Source: Candidatus Latescibacterota bacterium (lineage in GTDB: Bacteria; Latescibacterota; UBA2968; UBA8231). Taken from it: a stretch of DNA of 64,000 nt. A program made the position numbers and the translations under genes. The notes under the pieces are model-generated. The model made no database searches. It saw nothing but the letters and a program-made list of their open reading frames with translations, and was not told the origin of the DNA. The stretch lies in the NCBI GenBank assembly GCA_965197905.1, contig CBDAOB010000004.1, positions 2,080,001-2,144,000 of the forward strand. Reading direction: 5' to 3'. Positions 56,262-64,000 of this stretch are shown piece after piece. How positions within the stretch are numbered: the stretch's first letter is position 1; each line of letters opens with the position of its first letter.

Positions 56262-56387
56262 CGGCATCGGTCTCCACCAGGAGTGTTGCTGGAGTTTGAG
56301 ACAACCCGGTTGTCCTTGGCAAGAAGCCGGAGGAACTGAATCCTCATGAGTTGGATTGCCATTATACACCAGGAATGAGGACGCAGG

Positions 56388-58616
56388 ATGTACTATGCAC
56401 ATTCCCTCAAAGGTCAGTCGAGGGAATACTGGCAGCCGCTCCGGGAGCACCTGCTCAAGGTCAAAGACGAGGCAGCGGCGCGGGGGGCCAAGTTTGGAAC
56501 CGACAAAGCTGCGGGATTGGCTGGGCTTTTGCATGATCTTGGCAAGTACACAGAAGCGTTCCAGAAGCATATAGATGGCTCGTCGATCCAAGTTGATCAC
56601 TCCACGGCCGGTGCCCAACAGGTTTGCGTTCTTGACACGGCAACGCCAAACGACCGGGGCATGGCGCAGCTTATCGCTTATACCATCGCCGGGCACCACG
56701 CTGGCTTGCCGGATATGCAAAGCGGGACCGGCTCACTCAATTCGCTTGATGAGCGGCTAAAAAAGACACTCAACCCGCTTGACTCGACTTGGGAGAAGGA
56801 AATTCGGCCAGTCGCTACTGGTCTTTGGCCCGAAGGGTTCACACTAGGGAAAGACCGTGAGACGACGGCGTTTCAGCTCTCCTTCCTGACGCGGATGATC
56901 TTCTCGTGCCTCGTTGACGCAGATTTCTGCGACACCGAGGGCTTTTACGCTGATGCAAAAGGCGAGACCGTTGACCGCGACTGGCCGACGCTCCCAGAAA
57001 TAGTTGATCCGCTACGCGATAGGCTCAACAACCACTTCGCCGGACTTGCCAGCGAGGGCAAGGTCAATCGTCTGCGCCGCGAGATTCTGGAGCATGTTCG
57101 CGCTCAAGCCGATTGCTCTCCGGGCCTGTTCTCGCTCAACGTACCGACCGGCGGCGGCAAGACGCTGACTTCCCTCGCCTTCGCCCTCGACCATGCCAAA
57201 GCACACGGGCTTGAGCGCATCGTCTATGCCATTCCCTTTACTTCAGTGATTGACCAGACCGCAGGGATTTTCCTCGATGTGCTGGGTGAGGGCGTCGTCC
57301 TTGAACACCATTCGGCGATTGACGAAACCAAGTTCACAAAGCGGGAGGGAGCCGATAAACTGCGGCTCGCCATGGAGGACTGGGCGGCCCCCATCGTCGC
57401 GACCACCAACGTCCAGCTCTTTGAAAGCCTGTTTTCCCATCGCCCGTCGCGGTGCCGCAAGTTGCACAATTTGGCTCGTGCGGTCATTGTCCTCGACGAA
57501 GCGCAGACCATTCCCCTACACGTGCTCCGACCGGCGGTCGCCGCCCTTGATGAACTGGCTCGCAACTATGGCTCTTCAATAGTACTATGCACCGCGACCC
57601 AACCGGCACTCAAGGCACCTGAATTAAAAGGGGGCTTTGTCCAAGTCCGCGAACTCGCGCCTGACCCGCCGCGCCTGCACCAGAAGCTCGTCCGTGTCAG
57701 AATCTCCAACGGGGGCGCACTCAGCGACGAGAGCCTATGCAATGCCCTCACACAAACAGCGCAAGGCATGGTCGTTGTCAACAGCCGGAGACACGCCTTA
57801 GACCTCTTCCGGCAAGCCTGTGAAGCTGACATCGACGGCGTCGTGCATCTGAGTACGCGACAATACGCAGCGCATCGTCGCCGCATTCTTGCGGATGTTC
57901 ACCAGCGGTTAAAGGAAGGCAGGCCGTGTCGATTGGTTGCGACTTCGTTGGTCGAGGCGGGCGTTGATTTGGATTTTCCGAGGGTCTGGCGGGCCGAGGC
58001 GGGGCTTGATTCGATTGCCCAAGCTGCCGGGCGGTGCAATAGGGAGGGACGACACGATGTTGCAGACAGCATTGTCACCGTGTTCCAATCAGAGGAACAT
58101 CCAAGTCCGCCTGAACTACGCCAGCTTGCCGGAGATATGCAGCGCATCATCAGTCGTCATGATGACTTGCTCTCGCCGGAGGCCATGGAGGATTATTTCC
58201 AAGAGGTGTATTGGCGCAAGGGGGAGGGGCTCGGTGATGATGTTCTGCAAAAATTCACGGCTGATAGGAACGGAACATCGTTCTCCTTCCGCGAAGTTGG
58301 AGAGACGTTCCGCCTGATCCAGAGCGGACTTGAGCCAGTGATCGTCGCCCGAGAAGAGGAAGCGGGTAAGGCGGTGCACGATCTCGCTTATGCTGAACGG
58401 CTTGGCGGCGTGGCGCGGCGGCTCCAGCCTTATATTGTGCAAGTTCACCCTCGCTTCCGGGCGCAACTTGTCACAAATAATCACGTATGTTTTGCGGCAC
58501 AGGAACGCTTCGGCGACCAGTTCGCCGTTCTCTTCACTCAAAGCCTCTATCAAGAAGAGGTCGGCCTCCTTTGGGAGGACGCGGATGCGCTCGGCGATGA
58601 GGTGATGCTTATATAA
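56388..58616 (+). CDS. cas3: CRISPR-associated HD nuclease/helicase Cas3 (type I-C)
   Basis: 'YAHS...LREHL', 'LHDLGK', 'LVDADF', 'PTGGGKT', 'DEAQ', 'QAAGRCNREG'. Confidence 0.97.
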   Translation: MYYAHSLKGQSREYWQPLREHLLKVKDEAAARGAKFGTDKAAGLAGLLHDLGKYTEAFQKHIDGSSIQVDHSTAGAQQVCVLDTATPNDRGMAQLIAYTIAGHHAGLPDMQSGTGSLNSLDERLKKTLNPLDSTWEKEIRPVATGLWPEGFTLGKDRETTAFQLSFLTRMIFSCLVDADFCDTEGFYADAKGETVDRDWPTLPEIVDPLRDRLNNHFAGLASEGKVNRLRREILEHVRAQADCSPGLFSLNVPTGGGKTLTSLAFALDHAKAHGLERIVYAIPFTSVIDQTAGIFLDVLGEGVVLEHHSAIDETKFTKREGADKLRLAMEDWAAPIVATTNVQLFESLFSHRPSRCRKLHNLARAVIVLDEAQTIPLHVLRPAVAALDELARNYGSSIVLCTATQPALKAPELKGGFVQVRELAPDPPRLHQKLVRVRISNGGALSDESLCNALTQTAQGMVVVNSRRHALDLFRQACEADIDGVVHLSTRQYAAHRRRILADVHQRLKEGRPCRLVATSLVEAGVDLDFPRVWRAEAGLDSIAQAAGRCNREGRHDVADSIVTVFQSEEHPSPPELRQLAGDMQRIISRHDDLLSPEAMEDYFQEVYWRKGEGLGDDVLQKFTADRNGTSFSFREVGETFRLIQSGLEPVIVAREEEAGKAVHDLAYAERLGGVARRLQPYIVQVHPRFRAQLVTNNHVCFAAQERFGDQFAVLFTQSLYQEEVGLLWEDADALGDEVMLI

Positions 58617-58624
58617 TGGTAGGG

Positions 58625-58653
58625 GTGTCCCTCGTGCGGAGGGTATTGAATAC
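58625..58653 (+). repeat. Solitary degenerate type I-C CRISPR repeat between cas3 and cas5
   Basis: GTGTCCCTCGTGCGGAGGGTATTGAATAC: hairpin CCCTC/GAGGG around GTGCG plus an ATTGAA(T)AC tail. Shares the CGTGCGG core with the repeat at 62099. Confidence 0.5.
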
Positions 58654-58681
58654 CACAATACCACAGAAAAGGAGTTCGTCC

Positions 58682-59341
58682 ATGTTCGGAATACGTCTGC
58701 TCGTGGGAGGCGAATACGCCTGTTTCACGCGACCGGAAATGAAGGTCGAGCGCGTGTCCTACGACGTGATGACGCCTTCGGCGGCACGCGGCATTTTGGA
58801 GGCCATTCACTGGAAGCCGGCCATCGTCTGGCGCATTGACCGCATTCACGTTCTCAAGCCGATTCGGTTCCAGTCGATCCGGCGCAACGAGGTCGGCAAG
58901 AAAATTCCCATGGGGTCTGTCCGCACGGCGAAAAACAGGGGATCCATTGAGACCCTCTACACCAAAGTTGAGGATGATCGCCAGCAACGTGCCGCAACCG
59001 TCTTGGTCAACGTTGAGTACGCCATTGAAGCGCACTTTGACATGACGGACGAAGCGGGCGAAAGCGATAACGTGGGCAAACACCTCGACATCTTCAATCG
59101 CCGCGCTAGAGGCGGGCAGTGCTTTCACCATCCCTGTCTCGGAACGCGAGAATTTGCCGCAGACTACACACTCATCGAGAACGACGACCTGCCGCCAGCG
59201 ATTGACGAGAGCCGCGACTTAGGCTGGATGCTCTACGATATTGACCACGAAAACGAACGACAGCCGCTTTTGTTTCGCGCCGAAATGAAACAGGGGGTTG
59301 TCGAAATTCCCTCACCCAACTCGCCGGAGGTACTGAGATGA
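58682..59341 (+). CDS. cas5: Cas5c (Cas5d), crRNA-processing endoribonuclease of type I-C
   Basis: 'ACFTRPEMKVERVSYDVMTPSAARGILEAIHWKP', 'LGTREF'. ATG 58682 follows AAGGAG. Confidence 0.97.
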   Translation: MFGIRLLVGGEYACFTRPEMKVERVSYDVMTPSAARGILEAIHWKPAIVWRIDRIHVLKPIRFQSIRRNEVGKKIPMGSVRTAKNRGSIETLYTKVEDDRQQRAATVLVNVEYAIEAHFDMTDEAGESDNVGKHLDIFNRRARGGQCFHHPCLGTREFAADYTLIENDDLPPAIDESRDLGWMLYDIDHENERQPLLFRAEMKQGVVEIPSPNSPEVLR

Positions 59342-61158
59342 GCATTCTGGCTTCTCTTGAGCGTGCCTATCATCGGCTCGCAACAGAGAACAAAGTGCCG
59401 CCGATTGGCTACTCCAATGAGCGGATCGACTATTGCGTCGTCCTGAAGGCCGATGGCCAGCCCGATGGTCCGCCTGTGGACCTACGAGACCACTCAGGGA
59501 AGAAACCTGTAGCCCCGCGACACTCAGTTCCGCGACCAGAGAAGCGGGCGGGTAAAACGCTTTTGCCGAGCTTCCTCTGGGACAAGGTATCGTATTCGCT
59601 GGGTGCCATGGAAGACTTGGAAGGCGAGGACCCACACACCAGAGAGCGTCGTGCCGATCGGGTGGCGAAGCAGTACGAGGCTTTTCAGGACCGGCACCTC
59701 GTTGTCCTGCAAAATGAAAGCGACGCAGGGCTTGTGGCCTGCCGTTGTTTCTTGAAATGGTGGAAGCCAGAGTACTTCGACGCGCATGGCTGGCCAGACG
59801 AAATGAAGGGGGCCAATGTGGTGTTCCGGTTGGAGGGAGAGCAAAACTTCATACACGACCGCGAGGCCTCACGTCAACTATGGGCTTCGCAGATGAATCA
59901 GGATCACGAACCGGGCCAAGCCGTTTGCTTGGTGACCGGAGAGAGATCCCCTATCGCTCGATTGCATCCCTCGATCAAGGGGGTGCGTGGCGCACAGTCT
60001 GCCGGCGCATCCATCGTCTCTTTCAATCTCGACGCCTTTGAGTCTTATGGGCACAAACAGGGCGATAATGCACCCGTAAGCGAGGACGCTGCCGCCGCCT
60101 ATACGACTGTGCTCAACCACTTTCTCCGTACCAACGAAAACAAAGTCCAACTCGGCGACACCTCGACTGTATTTTGGGCCGATGGCTCGAATGCGGAAAC
60201 AGTGGCGCAATGCGAGGCACTATTTTCCTTCTTGGCCAATGACACAGGCGACGCGATAAGCGAGCAGGCCATCAAGTCCATTCTCGAAAAAATGGCAAGG
60301 GGCCGTCCCATGGAGGAAATCCGCCCGGATTTGCCCCAAGGTGTGCGCTTCTACGTGCTGGGGTTGGCCCCCAATGCAGCGCGTATTTCGATTCGCTTCT
60401 GGCTGGAGGACGACTTTGCGACGTTTGCAGAGCATATCCTCTGGCACTATCGGGATATGCGCCTCGACCCGCGGCCGCGGGTCGAGGCGCCAAGCGTTCG
60501 GCGCTGCCTACTTGAGACCGCCACGACGAAGGTAAAAAACCGATACGAACATATCCCTTCCCAACTCGCTGGGGATATGCTACGCGCGATCCTGACAGGT
60601 CGCCGTTATCCGCAGACGTTGTTTTCCACGATTCTCATGCGACTGCGGTCGGATAAGGCCATAACGGCCCTTCGCGTAGCCTTACTCAAAGCCGTGATCT
60701 GCCGAAATAGGCGCAAGGATGACCATTTAACAAAGGAGAATTTTATCGTGTCCCTCAATCCCACAAACGCCGACTCCGGCTATTTGCTAGGCCGGCTATT
60801 TGCCTGCTTTGAGTACGCGCAAACGCAAGCCCTCGGTGGCAAGGTCAACGCCACGATATGCGATAAGTACTATGGGGCGGCTTCGGCGACGCCGCGGTCT
60901 GTATTTCCCATCCTGCAACGCAACGCCATGAACCACCTGTCGCGTCTGCGGAAAGACCGGCCTGCAACGCATCGCTATATCGACAACACAATCGCCCAGA
61001 TCTATGGGTGCGCCACGCCCGATGAGCTGTTCGTGGCGACGCTGACGATGGAACGTCAGGCCCTCTTCGCCATCGGCTACTACCACCAGAAAAACGATTT
61101 TTACACCAAGTCCGCCCCCCGTGAGGAGGGCAAAGAAGAAAAGGAGAACGAAGAATGA
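59338..61158 (+). CDS. cas8c: Cas8c/Csd1 large subunit
   Basis: 'CLVTGE...IARLHPSIKGV', 'IVSFN..AFESYG', 'LGLAPNAARISIRFW', 'YLLGRLFA', 'GYYHQ'. Confidence 0.96.
   Translation: MSILASLERAYHRLATENKVPPIGYSNERIDYCVVLKADGQPDGPPVDLRDHSGKKPVAPRHSVPRPEKRAGKTLLPSFLWDKVSYSLGAMEDLEGEDPHTRERRADRVAKQYEAFQDRHLVVLQNESDAGLVACRCFLKWWKPEYFDAHGWPDEMKGANVVFRLEGEQNFIHDREASRQLWASQMNQDHEPGQAVCLVTGERSPIARLHPSIKGVRGAQSAGASIVSFNLDAFESYGHKQGDNAPVSEDAAAAYTTVLNHFLRTNENKVQLGDTSTVFWADGSNAETVAQCEALFSFLANDTGDAISEQAIKSILEKMARGRPMEEIRPDLPQGVRFYVLGLAPNAARISIRFWLEDDFATFAEHILWHYRDMRLDPRPRVEAPSVRRCLLETATTKVKNRYEHIPSQLAGDMLRAILTGRRYPQTLFSTILMRLRSDKAITALRVALLKAVICRNRRKDDHLTKENFIVSLNPTNADSGYLLGRLFACFEYAQTQALGGKVNATICDKYYGAASATPRSVFPILQRNAMNHLSRLRKDRPATHRYIDNTIAQIYGCATPDELFVATLTMERQALFAIGYYHQKNDFYTKSAPREEGKEEKENEE
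60748..61158 (+). CDS. cas11: Cas11c small subunit, internally translated in frame within cas8c (136 aa)
   Basis: AAGGAG at 60733-60738, 9 nt before an in-frame GTG; product begins MSLNPTNADSGYLLGRLFA. Confidence 0.8.
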   Translation: MSLNPTNADSGYLLGRLFACFEYAQTQALGGKVNATICDKYYGAASATPRSVFPILQRNAMNHLSRLRKDRPATHRYIDNTIAQIYGCATPDELFVATLTMERQALFAIGYYHQKNDFYTKSAPREEGKEEKENEE

Positions 61159-62099
61159 CCGCACTCAATCATCGCTACGACTTCGTCTATCTGTTCGACG
61201 TCAACAACGGCAACCCCAACGGCGATCCGGACGCAGGCAACCTCCCGCGCCTCGACCCGGAAACGAACCAAGGATTGGTCACGGATGTCTGCCTCAAGCG
61301 CAAGGTGCGCAATTTCGTTGAACTGGCTAAGGGCGACGAGTCCGGCTACGCGATCTACGTCCAGGAAGGTGCTCTGCTCAACGAGCAACACCGGAAGGCG
61401 TATCGGGTTGTGCGCCCCAACGACAAGAAGGTCGAGAGCAGCAAGAAACTAAGCCCCCAAAGCGACGAGGAGATGGATAAACTGCGCGGCTTCATGTGCG
61501 ACAATTTCTTTGATGTACGCACCTTCGGTGCGGTAATGAGTACCGGCATCAACTGCGGCCAGGTCCGCGGGCCGGTACAGATGACCTTTGCGCGGTCCAT
61601 TGATCAGATCGTGCCGCTCGAAGTGTCCATTACGCGCATGGCAGCGACCAACGAAAACGAAAAGAAGGAGCGCGAGGATGCCAGCGATGAAAACGCGGGC
61701 GACGAGCGGACCGAGCACCGCACCATGGGTCGCAAACATATTGTGCCCTACGGACTGTATCGGGCGCACGGCTTTGTCTCCGCCAAGCTCGCCGAACGCA
61801 CGGGCTTTTCGCCGGACGATCTCGACGTCCTCTGGAATGCCTTGACGCAGATGTTCGAACATGACCACTCGGCCGCCCGCGGCGAAATGGTTGCCCGTCG
61901 GCTCATTGCCTTTAAGCACGCCAGTGCCTTGGGCAACGCGCCCGCGCATAGGCTCTTCGAGCGGGTGAGTGTGCAGCGTGCAGAAGCGGATGGTAGCGAA
62001 GGCATCCTGCCGCCTGCCCGCAGCTTTGCTGACTATCGTGTAGAGCTCGACTTGGACGATATGCCGGCAAATGTCGAGGTCGTCGAGCCGATCACATAG
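61155..62099 (+). CDS. cas7: Cas7c/Csd2 backbone subunit
   Basis: 'NGNPNGDPDAGNLPR', 'TDVCLKRKVRN', 'FDVRTFGAVM', 'RGPVQ'. Confidence 0.97.
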   Translation: MTALNHRYDFVYLFDVNNGNPNGDPDAGNLPRLDPETNQGLVTDVCLKRKVRNFVELAKGDESGYAIYVQEGALLNEQHRKAYRVVRPNDKKVESSKKLSPQSDEEMDKLRGFMCDNFFDVRTFGAVMSTGINCGQVRGPVQMTFARSIDQIVPLEVSITRMAATNENEKKEREDASDENAGDERTEHRTMGRKHIVPYGLYRAHGFVSAKLAERTGFSPDDLDVLWNALTQMFEHDHSAARGEMVARRLIAFKHASALGNAPAHRLFERVSVQRAEADGSEGILPPARSFADYRVELDLDDMPANVEVVEPIT

Positions 62100-62202
62100 A
62101 CGCCTCCGTGCGGGGTACGGAATGAAACAAACGGAGCGGAGATGCCGATGCGTGAAGCGCAGTTCGGGCGGTCACCCCCAGTGCAGGGGCATGGATCGGA
62201 CC
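62099..62202 (+). CRISPR. Degenerate CRISPR mini-array (repeat - 42 nt - repeat) between cas7 and the cas4 core
   Basis: R1 62099-62128 GACGCCTCCGTGCGGGGTACGGAATGAAAC; R2 62171-62202 GTCACCCCCAGTGCAGGGGCATGGATCGGACC. Both align to the recalled I-C repeat pattern GTCGCCCCCCGTGCGGGGGCGTGGATTGAAAC (R2 25/32 ungapped). Confidence 0.65.
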
Positions 62203-62846
62203 ATGGAATGGAGCCGGTACCCGTGTCGGCACTGCAACATGCGGTGTACTGTATGAGGCAATGTGCTCTGATCCACTTGGAACGGCTTTGGGAGGAAAAT
62301 CGATTTACCGCTGAAGGTCGGGTACTGCATCAAGTCATTGACGAAGCCGGGCGTCGGCGCAAGGCAGGTGTACGCCAAGTAATGTCGCTCCCGATCTACA
62401 GCATCCGGCTCAATCTTACAGGCCTCGCCGATATGGTCGAGTTCCGCGAAAGCCGGACGGGTACGACCCCGTTCCCGGTCGAGTTCAAACGCGGCAAGGC
62501 CAAAGTACATCGCGCCGACGAGGTGCAACTCTGCGCCCAGGCACTGTGCCTTGAGGAAATGACCGGTACAGAAGTGCCAATGGGGGCCTTTTACTACGGC
62601 CAAACCAAACGGCGGAAGGAAGTGTCTTTTGACGCCGAACTCCGCACCCTGACCGAGACGACAGTTGTGCAGGTAGCCACGCTCTTTGCGGGAGGCCGCA
62701 CACCGCCAGCCGAATACGAAGCGGCCAAATGCCGTGGCTGTTCGCTGCTCGACCAGTGTCGCCCGAAGGCGATGGAGCGTTCGGTTATAGCTTGGCGGAC
62801 GCGTACCCTAGCATCGCACCTTGCCGAGCCTGGAGAATACCCATGA
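62142..62846 (+). CDS. cas4: Cas4 exonuclease
   Basis: 'SALQHAVYCMRQCALIH', 'GLADMVE', 'PVEFKRG', 'QLCAQ', 'C..CSL...C.P'. Start at 62142, 62148 or 62208. Confidence 0.96.
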   Translation: MPMREAQFGRSPPVQGHGSDHGMEPVPVSALQHAVYCMRQCALIHLERLWEENRFTAEGRVLHQVIDEAGRRRKAGVRQVMSLPIYSIRLNLTGLADMVEFRESRTGTTPFPVEFKRGKAKVHRADEVQLCAQALCLEEMTGTEVPMGAFYYGQTKRRKEVSFDAELRTLTETTVVQVATLFAGGRTPPAEYEAAKCRGCSLLDQCRPKAMERSVIAWRTRTLASHLAEPGEYP

Positions 62847-63877
62847 GGCGGTTGCTCAATACGCTCTATGTTACTACGCCTGAAACACGTCTGACCAAAG
62901 ACGGCGAGAATCTGGTCGCGGAAGTAGAGGACGAGGAACGTGCGCGGGTGCCGCTCCACATGCTGGGATCTGTGGTGGTGTTCGGCGGCATCTATATATC
63001 TCCACCCCTGATCCAGGCCTGTGCTGCCGGCGGCATCGTCTTAGTGCTCCTGAGTCGATTCGGCCGATTTCAAGCCCGAGTCGAGGGACCGGTCTCTGGC
63101 AACGTGCTGCTGCGTCGCGCACAATATAGGGCCAGCGACGACCCAGAAGAGATCGTCCGCAGCATTCTCGTCGGCAAGATCGCCAATCAGAGAAGCGTCC
63201 TGCAAAGAGCCCAGCGAGATTACGGTGGGGAGCTTGAGCCTTCTGGCCGCGAAGCCATGTCCGCCGCGACGAATCGCCTTCGGCAGATTGTGCAACGTAT
63301 CAGCGACGGCCACGACAGTATCGATAGGCTACGCGGTTTTGAAGGCGAGGCCGCACGGCTCTATTTCTCCATCTTTGGCCACCTGATCCGCGTACCCGAC
63401 CCAGAGATGGCATTCGCCGTCCGCAGCCGCCGGCCGCCGCTGGACCCGATGAATGCCCTGCTCTCGTTTCTCTATACCCTTCTCGTCCACGATTGCAGAT
63501 CGGCCGCCGAAAGCGTGGGCTTGGATCCGGCTGTAGGCTTCTTTCATAGAGATCGGCCCGGCCGTCCGAGTCTCGCGCTAGATCTTATGGAAGAGCTGCG
63601 GCCAGTCTTGGCTGACCGGCTCGCGCTATCGCTAGTCAATCGTCGGCAAGTTCGCGCTAAAGACTTCCAAGTCCGAGAAGGCGGCAGCGTCTCAATGAGC
63701 GACGCCGCTCGCACGACGGTTCTCAGTGCTTGGCAGGAGCGAAAGCGCGTAGAGCGCCGTCACCCTTTTTTGGGGGAGCAGGCACCGCTCGGCTTGGTTC
63801 CATATCTCCAGGCGCAGTTGCTGGCTCGGCATCTTCGAGGCGACTTAGATGCCCACCCGCCGTGGTTATGGAAATAA
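62843..63877 (+). CDS. cas1: Cas1 (type I-C)
   Basis: 'MRRLLNTLYVTT', 'LRGFEGEAA..YF', 'RRPP.DP.NALLSFLY', 'LALDLMEELR'. ATG 62843 overlaps the cas4 stop. Confidence 0.97.
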   Translation: MRRLLNTLYVTTPETRLTKDGENLVAEVEDEERARVPLHMLGSVVVFGGIYISPPLIQACAAGGIVLVLLSRFGRFQARVEGPVSGNVLLRRAQYRASDDPEEIVRSILVGKIANQRSVLQRAQRDYGGELEPSGREAMSAATNRLRQIVQRISDGHDSIDRLRGFEGEAARLYFSIFGHLIRVPDPEMAFAVRSRRPPLDPMNALLSFLYTLLVHDCRSAAESVGLDPAVGFFHRDRPGRPSLALDLMEELRPVLADRLALSLVNRRQVRAKDFQVREGGSVSMSDAARTTVLSAWQERKRVERRHPFLGEQAPLGLVPYLQAQLLARHLRGDLDAHPPWLWK

Positions 63878-63935
63878 GGCTATTCAACATGCCCTTCTGA
63901 ATGATAGTCGCTCTCTCACAAGGAAATAACCGACC

Positions 63936-64000
63936 ATGATGGTTCTCGTTACGTATGATGTCTCGACGACATCCGATGGCGGCGCACGTCGGTTACGACG
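63936..64000 (+). CDS. cas2: Cas2, 3'-truncated by window edge
   Basis: AAGGA RBS; MMVLVTYDVSTTSDGGARRLR. Confidence 0.92.
   Translation, partial: MMVLVTYDVSTTSDGGARRLR

Noticed and set aside
56292..56307. GAGTTTGAGACAACCC as an IS terminal inverted repeat
   Set aside because: No partner repeat or transposase is visible in the window.
56339..56362. AATCCTCATGAGTTGGATTGCCAT as another degenerate repeat before cas3
   Set aside because: Only TGGATTG matches; no GC stem or GAAAC end.
55983..56720. 245-aa minus-strand ORF as an intact gene
   Set aside because: The N-terminal half is antisense to cas3 and its promoter. Only about 55948-56261 resembles a methyltransferase, and that part is decayed.
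63878..64000. Canonical CRISPR array
   Set aside because: No run of identical repeats in the window; it is expected downstream of the truncated cas2.

Overview
A 64-kb chromosomal segment from a diderm bacterium, most likely in the FCB superphylum. Candidatus Latescibacterota is my best inference, from the divergent 16S, the FlgD/T9SS-like C-terminal domains and a cohesin/dockerin-like giant protein. Positions 1-55.8 kb are mostly core genome: ftsK-lolA; prfB with its +1 programmed frameshift; lolCE-lolD-mcsA-mcsB-clpC-bamA-skp; pyrB; a full rrn operon (16S, tRNA-Ile, 23S, 5S); a stand-alone EF-G paralog; yebC-ruvCAB-tsaB-rimI; holB-rsmA; ilvE; a peptide ABC transporter; lysA; a carbamoyltransferase with sxtJ-like gene; tadA; and two tRNA-Ser. 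After tRNA-Ser(GGA) an apparent island begins with a decayed phage-type DNA methyltransferase fragment and a type I-C cas operon (cas3-cas5-cas8c[cas11]-cas7-cas4-cas1-cas2). cas2 is cut by the window edge and no canonical array is in the window. The most notable unannotated signals are: (1) degenerate type I-C CRISPR repeats inside the cas operon, namely a repeat-42 nt-repeat mini-array that brackets the cas4 RBS/start and a solitary repeat in front of cas5, suggesting RNA-level autoregulation by Cas5d; (2) a pyrL-like leader peptide/attenuator upstream of a plant-type aspartate transcarbamoylase; (3) a separately transcribed 38-aa highly basic protein; (4) several indels in accessory genes that may be assembly errors. 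All family assignments come from motif recognition by eye; no searches were run.
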